Shown piece after piece: positions 56,405 to 64,000 of a stretch of DNA of 64,000 nucleotides. Location: assembly GCA_951406725.2 (NCBI GenBank), contig OX597815.1:81096001-81160000 (forward strand). Direction: 5' to 3'. Made by a program: the position numbers and the translations under genes. Below the pieces are notes generated by a model. The model was not told where the DNA came from. It saw nothing but the letters and a program-made list of their open reading frames with translations, and did no database searches. The stretch is from Octopus vulgaris (lineage: Eukaryota). Position 1 is the first letter of the stretch. The number at the start of each line of letters is the position of its first letter.

Positions 56405-56558
56405 CATATATACGACAGGCTTCTTTCAGTTTCCGTCTACCAAATCCACTCACAAGGCATTGGTCGGCCCGGGGCTATAGCAGAAGACACTTGCCCAAGA
56501 TGCCACGCAGTGGGACTGAACCCGGAACCATGTGGTTGGTTAGCAAGCTACTTACCAC
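56165..56558 (-). mobile_element. SINE family A, low divergence
   Basis: Near-exact reverse complement of 26083-26480 over shared parts. Confidence 0.9.
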
Positions 56559-57289
56559 TCTTCTACTTATTTTCATTATAGGTGTAAATTTTGGTTAATT
56601 TCTTCTTCGGCCCACATGCTTGCGTTATCTTATTTTATTTATTTATTTTTTGTTTCATCATTAGGTTTCATCGAACAATATCTCCGTCCCGTTTGCCGAA
56701 ACGCTAATTTGCGGGGACGTAAACAAACTGATACCGGTTGTCAAGCAGCGGGTGGGAGACAAACGCAAAACACACACTGGACGGCTTTCAATTTGCACCT
56801 ATCAAACCCACTTACAAGGTGTCGCATATTGGGACTGAACATAAGATCACATGGTTGGGAAACAAGCTTCTTACCCACGCAGCCACACCTAACGCAGATG
56901 TTAGGAGTTTATTATGTCTTAGCATATGTGCTGCTTCTTTTAGTTTTCGTATTTTCCAGCATTTTCCGGAGGACAAATATCCGTCAAATGTAAATAATGT
57001 ACATAACTCCTCATCTCTCAAAAATAGAAGTGTATTACCATTAGTAATTATTTCAACGTAGTACTTTTTGTTTTTTATCGATACAATTTACCGAAACGCA
57101 AAGTTAGGGGACATAAAAGGAAACAAAACAACCAATACACACAATATTTCAGTTTTGCAAAGTTTTCAGTCACGAGATACTGGTCAACCCGAGGCTAATA
57201 TAGGGAAGATGCTGTGCAGTGGAACCGAATCTGAAACACATACACACATACAAGTAACATTTGAAAACACTAATAATTAAGTGTATACC

Positions 57290-57325
<36 letters not shown>

Positions 57326-59426
57326 CGAACATGCATACGTCTGCATATTGTCGTCATAAATAGAGCACCGGTTACAGAGAGATTGCTAAGTGGATAGAGA
57401 GGTGAAAAAAAAGAAAGAAAAGAAAAGAAAAAAGAAGTGAGAGGAGAAGCTGGACATACATGTAGAGATGCTTGCCAAGTAAGTCGGTAGATGAATTTGA
57501 ATACGATTTGAAGGATGTCATCCTTTGATGTTGAATCTCAACATCAATCAGCTTTTGTTTCATTTTAATTAAAACTGAACTAAACTAAAATAATTAGGAG
57601 AGAAAAACATCGGAATTACCCAGCTAAGCCCCCTACTTATATCAAATCAAAAATCTAGAGAAAGATGACAACCACCACCATCACCAATACAGCTACCATT
57701 CACAACAAATATTGATTTATTTTTCTTAAACATTGGCACAAGGCCACACACTGGGTAGTGGTGGTGGTGGTGGAGGTCGTTTAAATCAATTTCAGTACCT
57801 GATTGATACTAATTTCATTGAACCCAGCAGAAGTGTGGGGGGGGGGGGGAGCGCGGCTCTGGTTGGTTTTAAACTCAGACATAAAAGGCAAATAGGTTTT
57901 TGGCGTATTGGGGGAGATGGAAACAGTACGCAAGTTAACCGTGTGTGTAGCTCATTTTTGATAAATTAATGCAAATAATACCCAGGCCATAAATGCCATA
58001 TATCCATATCTCGTGGCGGTGCCGATGGCGCCTCTTGTCTCCAGACAATAAGCCTGACCTTTTCCTTGACGGCATATCAACTTTGGAGAATTCGCGATCA
58101 TACTCCTTCCTCGTAGTAACCTAGTCTTAATTCTCATTTTGGTCATTATGGTACATCCTCTGGAGGCGGAAGTAATTTTAATAAATCAATTTATGCTAAT
58201 CGATGTACTCGTATTCAAAAGAGAAGCAGCATCAAGCACCAAGCTGGTCCAGGTGTAGATGAAACCATCTTCGAGGTCTCACAACTTAACCACCAAATTT
58301 CCCTTAAACTTCACCTGTCTTAGAAAGGGACACTGGATAATATAGTTCGAGATACACTTATCCTGGAAAATAAACGAGATTTTCATGCGTTGAATAGTTT
58401 CGATCATAGATCTTCTTTGTCAAGTAGCCAATTAGAGAACCTCAATGTAAGTTATACAACATGCTAGAATTAACAGCCAAATCTTCTCATAAAAAAACCC
58501 CACAAAAATAAAATACAAGCTGAAGTACTCCTTCAAACTTTTAAAAGATGACATGGTCACAACTGGAACGCCTTTTATCTTAGGTGTGTCGGAGCAGAGC
58601 TGATCTAAGTTGAAACAATTCCTATTGTTGTGACCACCAGTTGCAGGAGAGAAGTAGAGTGAACCACTGTCAACAACGGAGTATCTGAGCGGTCAAGCGA
58701 CCTGCAAGAAACATCAACCAAATCTCTCACAACTCGCCCTATATCATCTTCAAAACACACAAAAAAAGAAGGTTACATTGGATATTGTAGTCCCTTTACA
58801 TATATAAAAAGACGTGATGGTTACGACTGGAAGGTCTTTGATCGTAGATCTACTCAATCAGGGCTTACCTGAGAGCTAAACAACTGCAGTAACGACGAAA
58901 AATATGAGGGAAGGAGAACGGCGGGGCGGGAGAAAGAAGCTGAGAATGAAAATAATCCCTTTATAAAAGTTTAATCCAAACCCCGCTCCACCTACTACAA
59001 TATCAAGAACACGAAAATAGTGGAGGCAGCGGTGTGGCGAGGGAATGAACAGCAGCACTGCTGACATGGCACTTCTGTGTGAGAAGGCTAATTGTTGTTG
59101 TTGTTATAATATTGCTTAGCTGTTAATTGGGTCAAAAGCTTAATCGTAATCCATCTCCTCACCACCACCACCATGAAAAACCAGCATCCATCCCACCGAA
59201 CACGCAGACATACACACCATAAGCATTCAATTAACATACAGCAGTAGTAAAGTCCATTCCCAGCTTAGCTGAATACTTTTGCCCTCACACACAACTCACC
59301 TACTCCATCAAAATCAACTGGTTCTTCACCTTTCAGTCTGATTCAACTTCGCTACAGGAAAATTTAATCGAAAACCGTGCACACCAGCCTAGCAGAAAAA
59401 ATGTTGATACTGTAGCAGGAAAAAGA

Positions 59427-59473
59427 GATCGCCCTGGCTTGTTTCAGGGATTACTTCCACTTCGTCAGGGATC
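59427..59473 (-). ncRNA. Minimal hammerhead-ribozyme-like motif
   Basis: Minus strand GATCC-CTGACGA-AG(T)GGA-AGTAA-TCCCT-GAAA-CAAG-CC-AGGGCGATC: intact core boxes, 5-bp stem II with one bulge, complementary flanks; conserved U16.1 appears replaced by C. Confidence 0.5.
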
Positions 59474-59883
59474 GGTTCTTATTTTCTAGAACACTAAGAA
59501 TATAGTAGCTTATAAATGAAGTAGACTAATTTAGTTTATGTCTGACTTTGTACTCAGTACAGTACACAAACACTATTATTCTCTATGTGGACATTAAAAC
59601 CCATCCTCGATGAAATGGTAGCAAACTTTAAAACCAGTGTATACACAGAAAGAAAACACGTTTTAACCACAGTAACGACATTTCACAGCAAGGCTTAAAA
59701 ATTAGTGTTTACGGATCTAGTTTTTTTTTTTTTTTTTTTTCATTCGCAAAATATGCATTTTCTAAAAGGAAGTAAAAGATCTGAAAATCGACTATAATAA
59801 TGTAGCCTTTCAGTCTCATTGCTTTGAAGGTATGATGTTGTGGAGAACGGCACAGACAACAATGAACCACTACACAGCGTGCG

Positions 59884-59931
59884 GTTATCATGGTAACAAG
59901 CTGCTAATGCCACGCTGTCTGTTGATTGGCT
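59884..59931. promoter_or_regulatory. RFX X-box-like palindrome plus inverted CCAAT box
   Basis: GTTATCATGGTAAC (59884-59897; one mismatch to GTTRCCATGGYAAC) and GATTGGCT (59924-59931) in unique sequence. Confidence 0.4.
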
Positions 59932-61209
59932 AAAATTACCCAACTTTAATTTCAAATTACATAAGATTCTTTAATTTACGAGATAAAGTAATTGGTTGAT
60001 CGTAATCAAAATTCAGAGTTGCATCGACAAACCATAACTGAAAAACAATTTGAGCAAAATTAAGGAGGGGGGGCATTTTGCGTATGAGAAAGACCAGATC
60101 CGTGTTTACTAATACGTGCCCGTAAGTTTACCTTACATTTGCATCCTATGGCTGCGTACAGCTTTTAATTATCTATTTTAATGTATACATATTTATGCTA
60201 AATCCTTATCAATACGGCATCTAGGAACCATCACTATGGGGACTAAGAGTCGTCGGTTCAATCACAACTATTATCAGCACTGCATGCTGTCAATGGCCTG
60301 GTCAGTTAGCCGTCAAGATACCAGATTACACACACAGAGTTTGATGTACTAAGCATCGTGTGGGGCAGGGGAAAGAACACTAAACATTTTGCTGAGTGGC
60401 ACCAGAATCGACTTCACCTCCAGAGTCGATAAAAGAAAAACTAAGCAACATACATTATTAGAATGGATTTATTCCAATATACCTTTCCAAGACAAAACTA
60501 TGATCCTGTGCCAATGTATAGAAGTACACACACTAGCACACACACACACAGAGTGGGAGGGTGAGGAAGTAACCGATGGAAGAGGTAGCGAGGCAAATGA
60601 ACCGAAATGTTAAAAATAGCAGAGATAACACGGGATATCGATGTTATCAGTACCCCATAACGACTAGACCAGAAATGCCCCGACTGTGTTCAGACGCACA
60701 ACAAGATCTTATCAGATATTCGGGGTATTAGTTTACCCACTGTACTACAGAGTAACAATTATTTCGCTCACACAACTTACCCCCTCTACCTACGACAGTG
60801 ATACTTCGTAGTCGCTCGGCCTGCAAGGAACAGCAGCCAAAATCTATCTCAAATCACACACTACTGTCATTAAAAAAAGGACTCGTTGGATAATGTGATC
60901 CTAAAATTTCCAGCACACGGGAGGGGTGGGTAATCAGACCACAGCTGGAATGCCTTTGATCATACCGCTCAAACAGCAACTGATGCTACCTGTGAAATTT
61001 AACACAGTTTGTGAACATGAGATTAGTGGTTAGTGGTGCCAAAAATACCCTGAATAAATAAATATATATATATATAAAACATAAATTATCAAAAAGGGGT
61101 GTTAACCCAATATTCACACGCCGTTATAATAGCTTTATTTCGAGTTCTACAACAGAAATATTATTTCAGATTCTCTGGAAGATTCTAAATTTTTTGTGAT
61201 GTAAACTAT

Positions 61210-61494
61210 GCAAGCGTGGCTGTGTGGTAGATAGCTTGCTTCCCAACCACTAAGTTACGAGGACATAAACACACCAACACTGGTTGTCAAGCGATAGTGG
61301 GGGACAAACACACACACATATACGCACGCGTACAGAACGGGCTTCTTTCAGTTTCCGTCTACCAAATCCACTCACAAGGCTTTAGTCGGCCCGAGGCAAT
61401 AGCAGAAGACACTAGCCCAAGGTGCCACGCTGTGGGACTGAACCCAGAACTATGTGGTTGGGAAGGAAGGTTCTTACCACACAGCCACTCCTGC
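61210..61494. mobile_element. Rearranged SINE family A with inverted heads at both ends
   Basis: Plus-strand head 61210-61250 fused to a minus-strand copy ending at 61494. Confidence 0.75.
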
Positions 61495-61573
61495 TCTACC
61501 AAATTCACCCATAAGGCTGCGGGAATGAACTCGAAACAACGTAGTTGCAAAGCAAGCTTTTTAACCACACTTG

Positions 61574-61602
61574 CTCCCATGCCGGGAATCGAACCCGGGT
61601 TG
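61574..61602 (-). other. tRNA 3'-half fragment (T-arm and acceptor strand), not a complete tRNA
   Basis: Minus strand CCCGGGTTCGATTCCCGGCATGGGAG; no D-arm or 5' acceptor strand found upstream. Confidence 0.45.
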
Positions 61603-62865
61603 TCTGAGTGCGATTACATTTTTAAAAGTAGATAATTTCGTGCCGCTCCTGTGGTTCTCCGTGCTCTGGAACGATGCACCGAACAAAACCCCTAGTCTCA
61701 AAAGCTGTGTTTGTGCGCGTGCGCACCTGTGTGTATTGACACATTCACGCATGTGTGTGTGTATATATATATGCATAAACACATGCATTATTTTCTCCTT
61801 ACGACTGCAGATTTAAGGAACAGCACAACCGTCCAGATGGTCCCTATTACCATCACAAAAAAAAAAACTCTTGCTCTCAACTTCAACTTTGCAATTTAAA
61901 AGGTCCTCCCATACAAAAAGCTATTGGCCCCTTGAAGTAAACCACCAGAGAGAAAGAGAGGAGAGAGAGAGAGAGTAAGAGAGAGTGGGGGTGACGTCTT
62001 ATAAATTGACGGGTCCACAACCCAATCTCTTCGAAGGCGATGAACCACGAGCAAATAATTAAAGTAGGAAATAAACGAAAAATGTACGTTGAGTGTAGAG
62101 TCAACCCACCACCAAACCATTTAAACAGAAAAGCTTATGTAACTGAAGGGGGGACTTGAACTTATCACTACAAGCTGACACTTAACGATTTATGTTACTT
62201 GTCATCTATTTATTAGAAGACATGCTTATAATATTATGTACATAACAATTCTCTTTCACAACAAACTACCTCTAACATGCGTTTGAGTGCAAGTCAGAGT
62301 GTATATACCAACACTAAAAATATATTTGCTTACTGATACAAGTTTATATATATATGTGTGTGTGTGTATGCACATAACTACATACAAACATAATTTCCTT
62401 TACAACCCTATGTTGACAAGTTTTTCAACCACCTCTTTTACATTCTTTTAACAACACTAAATGTTTACCATACCTTTAAGGTCATTAGAAAAATGTACTG
62501 TTATTGTTACAACGAAACAAACACGTATACAAATACCACCACAATACACCAAACATACACCATATCATATACAATCTCACAAACATATACACATACGGGG
62601 AAATATTCTTGCGTCTGGGAGATACAGTAGATGCTCGAAGTTCGCGCGTGCGCAATTATACACGAGTATGTGCAGGTATGAGAGAGTGTTTTATGCAGAG
62701 ATATGGAGTAGGGGAAATAGTATTGAATAAAAAAAAATAATGACAACAGTCAGACAATAGAAGATGGCTTTATATATAGCATACAAGATAGCTTCTATAG
62801 AAAAAGTATCAGGAAATAAGAATCCCTCAACATGAGAAAAGTAAAAGAAAACTCATACAAATAAG

Positions 62866-62926
<61 letters not shown>

Positions 62927-62929
<3 letters not shown>

Positions 62930-63062
62930 GGAGTAAACACATAAATGTGAAACAAGGTGGAAAAACGAGTACTCAAATACCAGATTGTAGAGTAATATGC
63001 TTTATTTAAAAGCAGCAGAAATTAAATTTAACAAAAACTGTTACTTGGAGTTTCACATTCCC
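62927..63062 (-). mobile_element. Truncated Penelope-like terminal fragment abutting (TA)n
   Basis: Begins directly after the (TA)n run; minus-strand GGGAATGT-GAAA-CTC resembles the 3' half of a hammerhead core; AATAAA on minus strand at about 63007-63002. Confidence 0.35.
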
Positions 63063-64000
63063 ATAAATATGGTCAAGTAAGAATTTGACTACACAACAAT
63101 GTGGTCTCAGGTCGACCCATACCACATGGGTGAAACTGTAAAAGCTTGTTAGGTGGAGTGCAGCAGTAATTTGAAAGATTCAGCCTTGTCACAAACTGTG
63201 TCATGCTTGACCTGTCTGAGAATGACATCCACAATTTACCCACTTGTGTGAAGCATACAGGCTAAGGGGTGAAATGCTGATGACTCTGAGATACACGCTG
63301 ATGATGCAAAGGAGTTCTAGTGTTGCAATGGATTTAGAAGAGCTTGCAAAACCTCAGAATAGACACTGCAGTTTCGGCATGGGGCAAAGCATCTCTAATG
63401 TTTATTTCATCTATGTTAAGACGCTTACACGTTAAATCAGGAGCGGGTAATCCGGTTGGTTGAGAACAACTGGATTTTCAGCGTCGAGTGGCTGAAATAC
63501 ACACATGGTGTACATTTGACAGAGTTTCTCTTCCCATTTATCTTTAAAACATACACACACACACACACACAAACACATACACACCGAACGAACGGGTAGG
63601 AAAGAAATGACAGAATTTCCTTCATACTTCACCAAGATGAAAGGGTCAACCCCTTTTTCAAGAAGACAGTATGAATATTTATGGGTTTCTACATTTTAAC
63701 AGCCAGATCAGAGTTGATTAATAATAATAATGATAAAAAAAAAATAATAATAATAAGAAGAAGAAGAACAACAACAACAACAACTAGAAAAGAAGAAAAA
63801 GAAATTGGAGTTTTATGGGAAGGGAGGAAAATTAGACAAAAAAAATTACAAAGAAAATAAAAAAAAAACCCACAGACAGACAGATCTACAAAGAAATCTT
63901 AGGATTATGATATCTTAAAAAGAATAGATTTAACAATGAAGTTGAAATAAAATCCATATTCCTTTGTATTCTTGCTTTTGTTGTTCATCTCTCCTAGACA

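Noticed and set aside
57935-58146. GC-richer patch with two short minus-strand frames (MPSRKRSG..RHRHRHE; ..MAFMAWVLFALIYQK)
   Set aside because: Both stop early and lack convincing splice sites; cannot be supported without expression data.

Overview
AT-rich, repeat-saturated eukaryotic DNA, most likely an octopod cephalopod (Octopus-like), judged from its tRNA-derived SINE families, (TA)n/(GATA)n/(AAT)n expansions and RTE and Penelope-like remnants. Nearly all long ORFs in the track are microsatellite artefacts (IY/YIY/LSIY), and no recognisable protein family is encoded intact. The best gene evidence is on the minus strand: a CCAAT-bearing promoter region near 19.2-19.8 kb, a GC-rich first coding exon ending at a consensus donor (17813), a possible terminal exon (acceptor 1946), and an 18-nt microexon candidate (38055-38072). 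The accessory content includes two GG-ended MITEs with 8-bp target duplications (Merlin-like), hAT and piggyBac-like MITEs, an (AAT)n-targeted element, several Penelope-type minimal hammerhead-ribozyme-like motifs, and foldback hairpins and inverted SINE pairs that could form dsRNA. I cannot demonstrate a new biological system from sequence alone; the findings are ranked hypotheses. Repeat boundaries were read by eye and are approximate unless a TIR or TSD is quoted.
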